Part shown: positions 1 to 12,559 of the stretch, in pieces | How positions within the stretch are numbered: position 1 is the first letter of the stretch | Layout of the letters: the number at the start of each line of letters is the position of its first letter | DNA from: Azolla caroliniana | Lineage: Eukaryota; Plantae; Polypodiophyta | Assembly: GCA_043228905.1 (NCBI GenBank) | Contig: JBHGNT010000007.1 | Location: 15,004,001 to 15,068,000, forward strand | Length of the DNA stretch: 64,000 nucleotides | Direction of reading: 5' to 3' | Translations under genes and position numbers: made by a program | The notes under the pieces: generated by a model | Seen by the model: the letters and a program-made list of their open reading frames with translations, nothing else | Databases searched by the model: none | Told to the model about the DNA's origin: nothing

Positions 1-599
1 TGAATAGGCAACGTCAACTAGAATGAGCATTTTTTAACATTACTACTCTTCTTCACTATGAGTAACCTTCTCTCACAATAGTTATGTTGACGTATCACTT
101 TGATATAGGGACATCAATGTTTTATGGTGTTGGTGACTTTTATTCTTGTGCCTCTTCCCGCTTCTCCTCTTTGCTAGGAGATTTCTTCCATTCCTTCATA
201 TGCAAAGGAGATGATGTACCTTTTTGTTTGCATCTGGATCCTTGTGTGCTTGCCTTTCTTCTTTACAAGATTCCCTAGAGAAAATACTTTCCCAACAAAT
301 GCCCATCCCATGGGTAGTGAGAACCTGATGGTAGATATTTCAATTTTACAAAAACACTCAAGAAATTCATCTATGCTAGGCTCCCTACTTCTCAGAGTAA
401 ATCAACAAAAGTTTGATGTATGGACTCAATCAACAAAAGTTTGATGTATGGGTGGGAGAATGTCAAAGCAAATCAACACCCTCTTATGAAGGAAGAGCTT
501 TTTTTTAGTATTCCCATTCTTTATTTAGCTAGGAATTCGAAACACAATGTCAATCACTCAATGAAAGGATAAAACATGAGATGAGATTTCCCCCAATAG

Positions 600-1270
600 A
601 AGCACGTTTGAGATAATGCACGTACTATAATGAGCATTACTCAATGGGGTTTGACAAACATGGTCCAAGCGCACACATCCAAATTATTACGAGACATAGG
701 TTGAAACTAAATGGGGCCCAATATGTCCTAGTCTCATTCCAAAAGTGTTGTAAATACATATCAATAATACGAGAATGGAGTCGATGATGCATAAGTGGTG
801 GTTGCATTCTTAACGAAATTCCAAATATTCCAAACTATTCAATATCTCTATGTCCCAATGTGCATCTTTAGGACCCATTTTTGGTGGACGAATCTACCAT
901 GTTGCCCATTTTTTAGAGCATAACACTTTCAAATAAATGACTCATTAATCCACCTAGATTGTACGTTCTTATTCTAAAACCTTGTTTTCTCTCGGTGTTT
1001 TCATTATTTGTAACTCCAAAGATCACACTAAAGGTTTCTACATTCTTTGAACCATTGCATAAAGCTTATTTTTCACATGCGCACTTCTCTCGTTTAATGC
1101 ATTTTAGCATATTATGGAGCTCCATGTATACTTGATCACTTGAAAAAATATTTGCAGGCGAGTATTTTCGTAATTGTACCATAACATTGATAATCTATTC
1201 GCCCAATAGGGTCTTTAAGCAAACTCTTTTTTCATGTACTACATTTCATTAGAGCATTATAACTAATTCC
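600..1270 (-). mobile_element. Highly degraded Ty3/Gypsy integrase remnant
   Basis: Minus-strand fragments loosely resemble integrase motifs (C..CQ..K, VVDRFTKM-like, SRII.D, HFW); heavily frameshifted, boundaries approximate. Confidence 0.25.
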
Positions 1271-2277
1271 TTCTCACATGACCCTCGAAGTTATTATGTA
1301 GTTTTGGTGATGGTTAGAAGTTACCTCCACAACTTAATAGAGTCGATGAGACCTCCCCCTCCTTTCTTGGGCCATGACCATTGCCCTTAGAGGGGTTTAA
1401 AATTTATTATCATCCTTCCATATATGCAGTCAACTACTAACTTGTCCATGGCATTTAGTTTTTGGCCCCTTTACTTCAATCTCATAAACTCAAGGGAGCT
1501 TCAATCAATTGAAGACTGTAGAGCACCAATTGACCCTCGACGAATGAATACATATCAATTCAATTTTTAGAGGGGTTGAAGGGTCCATGCTAATTTTGAT
1601 GTATGCTTTAGGTACCAACTTTGTTGCACTTCCTACACTAATTCTCTAATATAAATAAATTCAACTTCAAGTTTACATGCATTATTGAAATCAACTATGC
1701 ATCATTAAGATACGGAAGTTGATTGTGCTTCCATGCTATATGGCCCTTCTAGCTACTATTAGACATGAGCCCAAGGGATGGATGTAACACATGTATGTTT
1801 TTAAGCCCCATGTTTAAATTCTATTATCACAAGTGGACTCCTTAAGGTATACACGTTGAAGGACATGGTATGAAACGGTCTAGAGAGCAAGGTAGACACC
1901 TACATTCCCGTAATTGTTCAATTGGACACCATTGCGAGTGAAAAGAAGGAAACACACACATATAGTGTATTATCAATCCCAACAAATTACATACATCTAT
2001 CCCTACATGCAGTAGCAAATTCATGTTGAATGGTATAAACAAATAGTTCATGAAATGCACCTTAAAAATGGTGATGCACACATACTGTTACCACCTTAGC
2101 TTTCATGTTGTCTATAGCTAAATCACGGGGCTATTGTCACTAAGATCGCACAAGTCTTTATTTCAAGCAAGAAGGAACAATCATTCAAATAAGGGCATGC
2201 TACAAAAATTATGCGAAGGATAGTTGAGGTTAGATTACCTCACTCAATTCAGGTACATAGTGTAGTTTTGGACATTT

Positions 2278-2916
2278 GTGGGGGGGAACAACTTAAGTAT
2301 GGTTTCAACGAATGAGGTTTATCATACAATTATTGGGAAACATATGTGGTTAGAAAATAGGGTAATTAAGGTATGGTCTTTTCATAGGCCAACAATTTGG
2401 TGGAAGAATGTACTTCAGAAGGGTTGGTGTTCACATTTGTCATTTAGAGCGAAGGTGTTTATTTGGAGGGTTATGGTTGGTGGATTACCATTGGGTGATG
2501 CTTTATGCAAAAGGAAAATTGCTAATGGTTTCTGTTTCTTTTGTACGGTGGAAGTAGAGCACAGTCGACATCGATTTATTTCATGTCCTGTTACAAAGAT
2601 GGTTTGGAAATTTATTAATACAATATGGATGTCCTTGACAAGAGTGTTTCATTCTCCTTTCAAAGGGGTTTTTGCACAAGTGGAATTAGGAGTTCTTTCA
2701 CCTTCTTTTCAGATTATTTTGGAATATTTGAGGTATTATGGGCTTTGGTTTATTTGGCATATGCGAAATGCTTTTATATTTGATGAACAAAGGGGAGTAC
2801 ACCGTTATGTGTTGAGATTGAAAGGGTTCCTTTTATGGCAATTTTCATTGTTGGAGATGTTAAGTGTTTATCCTTCGGAGAGGGTTTTGTGGTGTTTGAG
2901 CAACCCAATGAAATAG
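2278..2916 (+). mobile_element. L1-type LINE ORF2 3' fragment (zf-RVT zinc-binding domain)
   Basis: ORF contains KVFIWRV..GGLPLG..L..R...CFFC..EVEH.RH.F..CP....VW, the zf-RVT pattern that follows RT in plant LINEs; no RT or endonuclease upstream, so it is 5'-truncated. Confidence 0.8.
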
Positions 2917-5600
2917 ATGCATAATGTTGTTGGTCATGGTTGGAGTTTTGGTAGCACATCTTTGAATGCAATGCATCATTGTAGCAAAGTTTCAATTTAG
3001 TATGTACACTTGCATATCACGAGATATTCCAACAAATCTGCTCCTTGATTTCTAGTCTACTAGATCACATATGTTGTTGCCTTCTCATCATGCATTTGCA
3101 ACCTCTCGTCTCTATTATGGGCACATGAGATCTCCTACAAATTAGTATGATGGATCCTCCTTGTATATGTATGAGCATAATGGCGAGTATATAAATAGTG
3201 TAGTATTTGGAGGTCTTATAGATAATCTAATACCTAACACAAATCCAACCCCCCCTTGTTTAAAAAGGTTGTCATCATAATTCTAAGAAGGTTAAGGACG
3301 GTCTAACATTAAGTTAAAGGATGTATTGTATTCAATGCGTTTACTATTATATTTTATAGTAAACTTACAATTTCTAGAACACATATATAATAATAGAATA
3401 GATTTTTATAGTCCACGAGGAGGGCAAATTTAACCTATTGAACCAAATCAACTCATCATCTTTTTATGTGACTCCTTCCTAAGAATGGGAGGTTACTACT
3501 CTACAGTAAAAACTCTCTATGTGAAAATAATGCACACACATATGTGGTCACCCTTATTGGTGGACATTTGAATATGGCACTTAAATTATCATGGCCGTTT
3601 AGCAAGTCATCATACTTCTTGTGAATTACCTTGTATGTTAAGCATGCAAGAAGTAAGTGTGTTGATCCTCCGCTAAGTTTTCATTGCATATCTTCATACT
3701 TGATTCAATGGTGACACCTCAACACCTAATTTGTTTGAGCGAGCTCAAAAACATTTTAGGCTATTCAAGAGCCAAGGCTCATAGCAATACTAAGATGTGG
3801 TTGGATACATTCTGGAATTGTTACGTTGTATTGGCCTCAACATTGAGGGTTAATAATTGCGATGTAGAATTCAAGTTTTGACATTTTAGCGTTTTGCCAC
3901 TTCATCCTTAGCGTCTCATATCGATGAGGTGATGTACATAGACAGTTATGAGATCGACATGCCATAGTCACAAGAGGCAATAACTTGATCAATTTAGTAA
4001 CTGATAGACCTCATTCGCATTAGAATGCAAATCATACAATGCTCTAGTAGAATCACACATTTGGCTATTCATTATCGTTAGAGAGACTTCCATAATCCAT
4101 TTCAAAATAATCGGAGGTTAATTCAATAACATTTACTTGCACAAGAATAATAAGTTTATGTCCACAAGTTACAATTACAGATTGGACAAGTTTAACTACA
4201 CGCTTGGCGTGGTGGAGTTTTTTAACACAGTGAATGAAAGTTGGAAGTCAATATAGTCCTTGTATCAAAGTGCAAACGTACATAACAATTTCTCGAACAA
4301 ATAAGTTATGTTTTAACATTAGATATCTTAGTGGCGTCATAGTATCTTAAGTGAATATTTTTTCTCCTTGGTAAAGTTGTTTGTAGGCTTGCTTGCTTAT
4401 TGAAAAGAGAACTTTCGAGTTCCAACATTTTATTTTACATATTCTAGGCTTTTAAATGTTTGACATTCATTGGTGACATAATTAGCATGTTTCAGAAGTG
4501 TTTATTGTTGTAGGCAAAGGTTTGCATATAGGAATTTGCAACTTGAATCTCTAGGTGTGTGTGAGGTCATATATAGAAGGATAACATGTGAATGAACCTT
4601 ACATGTTCATGGGAAGAAGCCAAGGCATCAATATTGAAAATAAACCATGTAACAAGCACACTAATCGACCAGAAAGTTACTTTTAGTGTTTCAAAGCTTC
4701 TTTGTCTCACCTTCTCTACGACTTTACTTAACATTGATTCGATGCATCTAATCTCCAATTTGATGGTACTTTGGAACATTTATACTCATCCAAAATGAGT
4801 GAACTAATTTTATTACATTATTGTTATTGTATGATGTCTGAAGTTCGATGCATAAACTTATTAAATAATACCGAGCCTTCAAGTTAAGAGGAAATTGTGA
4901 CTGTAATACGTGTTAGAGATCATATAATTAACTACTTAGACTTCGTATGTATTGGAAATGTATATTTACTTCAATGTTACATCTACTAAAATAAAAAGTG
5001 TTTTTTAGACAATTACTCCCTTTATGGGCCTAACTTCTTATAAGGATAAAGCATCCAACTTATATCGGTCAAAATGATTGCACAAATATGTGATGGTGCA
5101 AAGTATTTACATAATGCTTGATCATTTAACTGTTGCAAGAAAAGGGTGCACATGCAAGTGCATAGCCTGACCATGATAAGATGAGTGTCACCGCAAGATA
5201 ATTTGTAGTACATGATCTATTGTGATGAATGTTGAAGCACCTTAAAACAAAATGGCTTGTCAACTTTAGAATATGTAACATCTTATCTACATGCAATAAA
5301 TAAAGTTATTTCCCCTTTGCTGAGAAGAATATGAGCAAAATATGTATCTAGGGATCACGATGGATAAGGGCATTATTATCTAAATTATATATATCATTTA
5401 GGTGTCACTTAGCAGAAGGGACATAGGATAAAATCCCACGCTTCGAGCGATGCCAATGAGTTACTTATATATATCAAGGAGCATGGGCCATGGGTCTATA
5501 GTGTCGTACACGAGAGAGGAAAGGAGAAAAAGAACAAACTACAAATGTTTGTCATGGGGCGACGAATGTTATGGCATTCCATCGCAAACGTGTAGTGGGC

Positions 5601-5777
5601 ATATACACGTATATAATTCGCCTTTCACCAATCACAAAATTAGGGGGGTTCACGTGCCACTATGCCAAAGAAACCGGCCGTCTACTTATATATACATATG
5701 TATATGATTCGTCTTTCATCGAGCACAAAAAAGGGGGGTTCACGTGCCGCAATGCCAAAGCAACCGGTCTACTTATG
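5601..5777 (+). repeat. Diverged tandem duplication of a ~89-bp unit
   Basis: Both units contain GGGGGGTTCACGTGCC..ATGCCAAAG.AACCGG..TCTACTTAT (5601-5689 and 5690-5777). Confidence 0.75.
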
Positions 5778-5872
5778 ACCTCCATGCAAGCAAGACATCC
5801 CTAAACACGCTTTGTATGCATTCTAGCCTTCTTATATGCTTGTGTGCTCTCTCTCCATCTTTCTTTTTTTAA

Positions 5873-6048
5873 TGTAATTAGCTTACCCTAGTGGTAAGTT
5901 GTTATACTAAAGCACTACCTCTTGGGTTTGAAACTGAATTTTGTCACCTCTCTATTATATACTTCATTGATATCTATTATTTCATTAGATGCCACTGTGG
6001 GCTGTAGGGGTTGAACCCATGACCTCCTAGACTCCATTGGTTAATCTC
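5873..6048 (-). mobile_element. Two-headed tRNA-derived SINE-like repeat, copy 1 (inverted relative to the 17.8-kb copies)
   Basis: Reverse-complement match to 17845-18016; TAGCTTACCCTAGTGGTAAG...GGGTTTGAAAC on +, GGTCATGGGTTCAACCCC on -. Confidence 0.7.
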
Positions 6049-6087
6049 TGTTTTTTGGTAAAAGCATACACAATTATATTAATTGTA

Positions 6088-6119
6088 TCTCTCTTTCTCT
6101 CTCTCTCATGGGCCATGGC

Positions 6120-6164
<45 letters not shown>

Positions 6165-6898
6165 ATATACATAAATGCATGTAGTGCTTTTCTCCTTCTG
6201 CTTTTTCTTTTTGTGTGTTCATAACGCGTCTTTAGATTTTCTACATACATATATATATATATATATATGTAGATAGCATACATAGCATACATACATACAC
6301 GTGTGTCTGCATCGTAAAGAAACAGAGGATTCCTCTGAGAATCGACCACTCTCGCACACATAGCATACCTATATCATGTATGTTATGTATGCAGGTTTTG
6401 TTTTGCAACGTATGTATGAGTATGTATGTCTGGGAATCAATCTGTCTGGACTCCTGTTTATACAGTGTCTCATATGTATATACATAACATACATACATAT
6501 GTATACACATGATACATCCATGATGATGATACAATGTACATAAATTCTCTCTCTTTCACATACACATACACATACACATACATATACACATACACGTATA
6601 TGATGATATGATATGATATGATATGATGCGATATGGAAGAGAATGAAGTAAGGGAATCAAATCATCATCATCATCATCATCATCCATCTCTCTTTCTCTC
6701 TCTGTCTCTGTCTCTGTCTGTCTGTCTCTGTTTCTCTCTCTCTCTCTCTCTACAGAAAGTGTGTGTATGTTGAATGTTCCATTGTTATCTTATGATGTAG
6801 TAGGAGTAGGTAGTGGTTTTATGAAGAATGCCTCGGGGAACAACACGTAAGGAAGGGAAGGGAAGGGAAGGGAAGGGAAGGGTACACAGTTTGGACAC

Positions 6899-6937
<39 letters not shown>

Positions 6938-7300
6938 CATCTCTCTATCTGTGTATATATATATAATATCAGTATGTATGTATGTATGTATGTATGTATG
7001 TATATTCATCGATGGTGCATCCTTTATCTAGCTGGATATGGAAAAATGTAAAAAAAAGCAGATTAAATACTCCCCCCCCCCCCCCCCTCCCCACACACAC
7101 ACAATACAATACAATACAATAATACAAATTACAATACAATAAAGAACAATCTGAGAGGACCCGTGACAAATCTCTGATCTCTCTCTCTCTCTTACAACAA
7201 ATTGCTTGTCATTTTACCATGAAAGAAAAGACAGACACAGACAGAAAATGGTAATGAAAATGAAAATGATGATGATGATGATGATGCAGGAGGAGGAGGA
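6088..7300. repeat. Dense compound microsatellite field upstream of the GDSL gene
   Basis: (CA)n, (TA)n, (CATA)n, (ATATG)n, (ATC)n, (CT)n, (GGAAG)n, (CTAT)n, (TATG)n, poly-C, (AATAC)n and (GAT)n runs in succession. Confidence 0.95.
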
Positions 7301-7552
7301 GCTAGTTGTGTAGTTGTTAATCCTGTTATCCTCCCCCTTTTCCTCCTTCCTTTTTGGTTGCCTTTTTCTTTCTGCTAATTTTAGTTTTAAGCTAATCTCT
7401 GTCATTCATGGGGAGCTTAGCTAGCTAGCTAGCTCGCTAATTTTTTAACCCAAAATGTGTTCCTCATAATCTTACCTCAACAACAACCCTATAATCCTTA
7501 CCCATCATTTAGCCCTAATCATCATCATCATTAGGCATCTTCTAGCTTCATC

Positions 7553-10500
7553 ATGAGATTCTCATCTTCTCCTTGGGGCTTCTTCACGACTGCACAAGGA
7601 GGGAAGGCCAATGGCGGCATTAGATCTGGGCTAATAATGTCTTCTTCCTCTCCATTCTTCTTCTTCTTCTTCTGCAGCTGCTTCTGCTCATGTGTGTTGA
7701 TGAGTGTGGTTAGAAGCTCAAGTGGTGGGGGGTCCTGTGAATTCCCCGCCATTTTCAACTTTGGGGATTCGAGCTCAGACACAGGGGGCATCCACGTCAG
7801 CTTCCCCTTCATGACACTTGCAGAAGAGCTCCCCTATGGCGAGACCTTCTTCCACAAACCTGTCAGCAGATACAGTGATGGGCGCCTCCTCATCGATTTC
7901 CTGGGTAATTCATAGAAGATGAAGTACTCAAATTCATGATACTGGCAGATTATATCGAGTCTTAATCTTGTTATCATGTGTGGGGTGTGCCTTTCATTCC
8001 GATTCTTCTTGTCTATGCCTGTGACAATTAGCGCTTTAATCCTGTCTTTCTGCTTCGCATCTTTATTTTATTTTGACCTGCCTAAGCCAGATATAAACCG
8101 CGAATTCATATAAACCCATAACCCTAAAACCTTTCAAAACACCCAAAACAGACCCGACCCTAGCCCTAACCCTAACCCTAACCCTACATCCAACTTCAAA
8201 CCTAACCTTGCTTCTAAATCAGAACCCTAAAACCTTCTATTTATAAAAGGGGAAAACCACATCAGAGCACCTTCAACTCTAAACTAGCAATGCTCCCCAG
8301 CCTTTTCAGTGACATACTTAAACTTCTCTAAATTACAATATCTAGTCTTTAAACTTCTTACCTTTGTAATTTACAAATCCATTCTTAAAAACTTGTCCAA
8401 CATTTACTGTCTGTTTTTTTTTTTTGAGTTCTTACAATTTTTGGTATAATATATGGTGTCTCTTGAATAATGAATTGGTAATGCCATTCTTCAGCTGAAG
8501 GCCTTGGGAAGCCTTTTCTGAGCCCTTATCTGCAATCTGTGGACTCCAATTTCACACATGGAGCGAACTTTGCATCTTCGGGTGCAACCGCCAAGAACAC
8601 GCGCTCGTATATCAGCCCTTTCAACCTTCAAATTCAAGTGAACCAATACAAGGTCTTCAAAGACCAAGTGGCCCTCACATTGGAGCAAAAAGGTATATAT
8701 CATTTAAATTTAAGGAGTCATTTAGGGCCTGTAATTAGATTTTTAACCCTCTTGATCATTAGGGGAATCATTCCGAGGTACGCTTCGGAATCATTTGGGT
8801 ACAAAAACTACTGGTAGGCTGGCTTCTCGATTTGCTGACATTTAGTCAGGGTTACTTATTGAGACATTTTAACAATCAAGTATCTCTAGCTTTACTTGCC
8901 ATTTGTTGTGGGTATTCCCAACCGATTTCTAACAGTTAGTGTGGACAATGTCTAGTAGGGTGATGTTTAAGTTGTAGGCTACATACATGTTAGAGAGATT
9001 ATTTCTAATGTAAGCATAAGACAAGGAAAACATGTTAGAGAGATTATTTCTAATGTAAGCATAAGACAAGGAAACATGTTATAGAGATTATTTCTAATGT
9101 AAGCATAAGACAAAGAAACATGTTAGAGATTATTTCCAATGTAAGCATACTATCTGGCTACCACAGGATACATTATGGTGATGCCCTTAAAATACACCTT
9201 GAGATGCTACCAAAGAATAGGGTGAACTGATGCCCTTAAAATACACCTTGAGATGCTACCAAAGAATAGGGTGAACTGATTCCCTCACATCACATTATGG
9301 TTTTCCTTATCTCCAACTTGTTCTCGAACTTTGTTGGCTACCACTACACCTCGATGGTCCGTAGACAATCATGTGCTATAAGCTCAACTAGGCTGACCCT
9401 GTTGTATAATTGAACACATTAGAATGGAACTCGATTACTTCTGACCACATAAGTTACAGTGTGACTGTTTAATCTTGCAGGTCCGCAATCCTACCTGCCA
9501 TTGTCCGTGGAGTCGTTTGTGAAGGGGCTTCACATTATACAGATTGGCGCGAGCGATTTCAGCCATGCATACATGAACCTGAAGATGAATACTGAGCAGA
9601 TCAGGAGCTATCTCCCAGGGGTAGCCAATTCGATAAGCTCTGCGGTGAAGGTAATTTACTCGGTCCGGGGGGAAGGCACAGATTGACACTATGCTTGCAT
9701 ACCTTCCCATAACTGATTTCAGTGACCAAGGAAAACTGATGTTTTCTAGCATATGCCTACTTTTGTTTTGGTAGAGAAAGTGATGTCTTTAGGAATGTAA
9801 GGCTATGGTGCCCATGTGGATTGGAGGGAAAGTCTTGGAGGTGTTATCTGGTTTGAAATGTTTGAATGTAGTAGTATAACATTGGCCACATATATACAAA
9901 TCTATGACACATATATACATATATATATATGTAATGTGGTGATGTAGGAGCTGTACGAGAGTGGGGCTCGGACATTCTGGGTGATGGACGTGGGGCCGCA
10001 AGGGTGCCTACCATTGGTGCTCTCGCAATTCCCTCACTCGGCCGCAGACCTCGACGAGCACGGATGTGCGCGGCCCTTCAACGAAGCCGTCGTCTTCTAC
10101 AACCGCCTCCTCAAAGCTCAGCTGGCTCTCCTCGCCGACCAATTCCCAGCCGCATCTATCGTCTATGTCGACACATACTCCGTCCTCTACGCCATGGTCC
10201 AAAACGCGCCTCGCTTCGGTAACCCGATCACTCGAAAACACTTCTCCTCGATGATTCCCCTTGTCTTCTTTAATTCGTTACATGGTCTAATTCACTAAGA
10301 TCACCAAGCATGTCATGTGTGTGATTGTTCTCTTGTGGTCTCTAAAAAGTGTTTATTAGGTCATCCCATCACTTAGAAATCTTAGAATTATATAAAGATT
10401 CCCACATGAGACACCTAAAGTTCACAAGCTTAGGTAACACTAGCTTGACGCTCACTTGGACACAAGTGTGTTTGAATTCTCGGAATGTTCGGACATTCCC

Positions 10501-12559
10501 GGAGACCCTCCAAGGTACACTTTGAGCCTTGGCTGACAAAAGCTCACAATGTTTGACATTGTCAAGAAAACTTAATTGGAAGTGGATCCTAAACATCTCG
10601 TGTGCACATGGGCACATTAGGATCCATCCTTAGGAATGCGCACATGGGCACCCACACCTTGTCTTTTGTTTCTCAACATTCCTTCTCTCTTTCTCTCCAT
10701 TTCCGAGTTCATTGTGGAACATGCTCTATTTCCTTCATACTAAATGGTATTTTGACTCCTCTGTTGTTGCTTTATTTCCTCTATTCCCGCTCTTTCTTGG
10801 TTTCTCTTCTTTTTCTTTTCTTTTTTTCCAAAAACAAAACTCCTTCCATTAGTTATAAAATTTTACAGTAGAGAATGTTATAAAAATTCTTGGTCTCTCG
10901 TAGACTCCCAAAAATAAGCAAATAAATAAATACACTTTCTTCATATGTCTTAAATGAGGTGATAATGTACAAATGCATCATAATTCACCTCGAAAAACAA
11001 CTCCTTTTCTTGACTAGTTCTCACCCCATCCTAGCTCAAAAATAAAGATTGCTTCTCGAATACATCTTTTCTTAATATACAAACATCTTACACGATGCTC
11101 AGTCCTTTCGCAAACTTATTACTGCCTGCCCCAACTCCTACCACAAAATCTTATGCAGAAAATGCACATTGTCCGATGTCCACCCGAACACCACAAAAAG
11201 ACTTCTTAAAACACACGAGTCCTTTGCATTTTACCTTTTCTTGGATTGGGTCATCCTTTGATTTTACCTTTTCTTTACTTGATCCTAGGAAAACTAAAAC
11301 CTTTCCTCTTCGACTCAGTTCCTTCCACCTTGGAAAACTAGCTCTGTTGATTTATAGACCCAAAAAATTCGTCAATCCCTTCTCTTTGATTCCCCGACAT
11401 GTGAAACTACAAATGATAGAGCAAGTGCTTTCATGCTAACATTGGTTCTACACCCATAAAAGAATTTACAGCACAATTGCATTGAAATTTGTGAATTGTA
11501 AGACATAAATAATTGTCTTGGGTAATGCATACTCAACCTAGTTGCTACATGAAAAACTCCGGAAGTTAACATTGTGTATATAGTGAATAGTGTCAATGTT
11601 GTTTATATTAAAATATGTGCAAACACAACTAGGTCACGTAAGTAATGAAACTTTTCTTATAGGTCCTTTTGCCTTTTAGCCTTAAAGTTGTATCTTGATA
11701 AATATGGAGAACAACACATTGTATCAGTTTCCGTGTGTATATCTTTACAAAAACATCATATCAATTTTAGTCTAACTAATCTTTGCATATTGATGATATT
11801 GACTTTAAGAGATTGCGAGGATATGTGAGGGTGTCGCAAAGTTATATCTTTTTACAATATATATGGTTTGAAGTTTCTTTTTCACTATTTATCCTAGTGA
11901 TTTCCAGTATGTTTGTTTTATTTATTCACTTATATGACTGAATTTAAAGGCGTTGTCATCGTAGTAATTCTATACTTCCTTTATACATATCCTAGTGATT
12001 TCCAACATGTTTGTTTTCTTTATTCACTCACGCAACTGAATTTAAAGGCGTTGTCATTGTAGTAATTCTATGTGGACCACTTGGTCCATTTAAAGGACTT
12101 CAATGTGAAGCATGTGCACATTTCTTGCTTTTATGGATGAAGAAAAAATGTAGGAGTATAAACAAGGTTCTATGGGTGTGCCAATTAATTAAATGATGGA
12201 CATACCACCTCTTTGCAAATTGTTTGTAATAAGAAGATAGAAGTCTTGTCATATTGAAATATTTGATGAATTCACATGCATGGTTAACAGGGTTCGAGTA
12301 TACAACCCGTGCGTGTTGTGGAGTAGGAGGGAAGCACAACTACGATTATGGAGTGCAATGTGGTACAAGCAATCATGTGCACGGCCAATATTTAACCGCA
12401 TTGTCATGTGTGAATCCAGGGACCTACATCAATTGGGATGGTGTACACCTGACGGATCGAGCCAATCGCTTGCTCGCACGTCATATCCTCACTGGCTCCT
12501 ATTTCCACCCCTTCTTCCCTCTCGCCCAACTATGTCCTTCAAACCTCAACACTGTGTGA
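7553..12559 (+). CDS. GDSL esterase/lipase (SGNH hydrolase), 5 exons
   Basis: Exons 7553-7904, 8495-8692, 9481-9650, 9948-10218, 12291-12559; all introns GT-AG and phases join in frame. Block I IFNFGDSSSDTG, RYSDGRLLIDF, GANFASSGA, GPQGCLP, ACCG, block V WDGVHLT (DxxH); hydrophobic N-terminal segment (true start may be a downstream Met). Confidence 0.95.
8985..9149 (+). repeat. 44-45-bp tandem minisatellite, ~3.7 copies (GDSL intron 2)
   Basis: ACATGTTAGAGAGATTATTTCTAATGTAAGCATAAGACAAGGAA units start at 8985, 9030, 9074 and 9118; no spacers. Confidence 0.95.
9179..9280 (+). repeat. Perfect 49-bp tandem duplication (GDSL intron 2)
   Basis: TGATGCCCTTAAAATACACCTTGAGATGCTACCAAAGAATAGGGTGAAC at 9179 and 9228. 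Confidence 0.95.
11889..12071 (+). repeat. Diverged ~98-bp tandem duplication (GDSL intron 4)
   Basis: ATCCTAGTGATTTCCA...CTGAATTTAAAGGCGTTGTCAT.GTAGTAATTCTAT occurs twice. Confidence 0.85.

Noticed and set aside
6074-7405. Short ORFs upstream of the GDSL gene
   Set aside because: Translations of microsatellites.
8985-9149. CRISPR-like array
   Set aside because: Head-to-tail repeats with no unique spacers, inside a plant intron.
10311-11404. Solo LTR in GDSL intron 4
   Set aside because: Composition is LTR-like and there is a ..CGACA end at 11399, but no consistent TG start with a matching TSD could be fixed.
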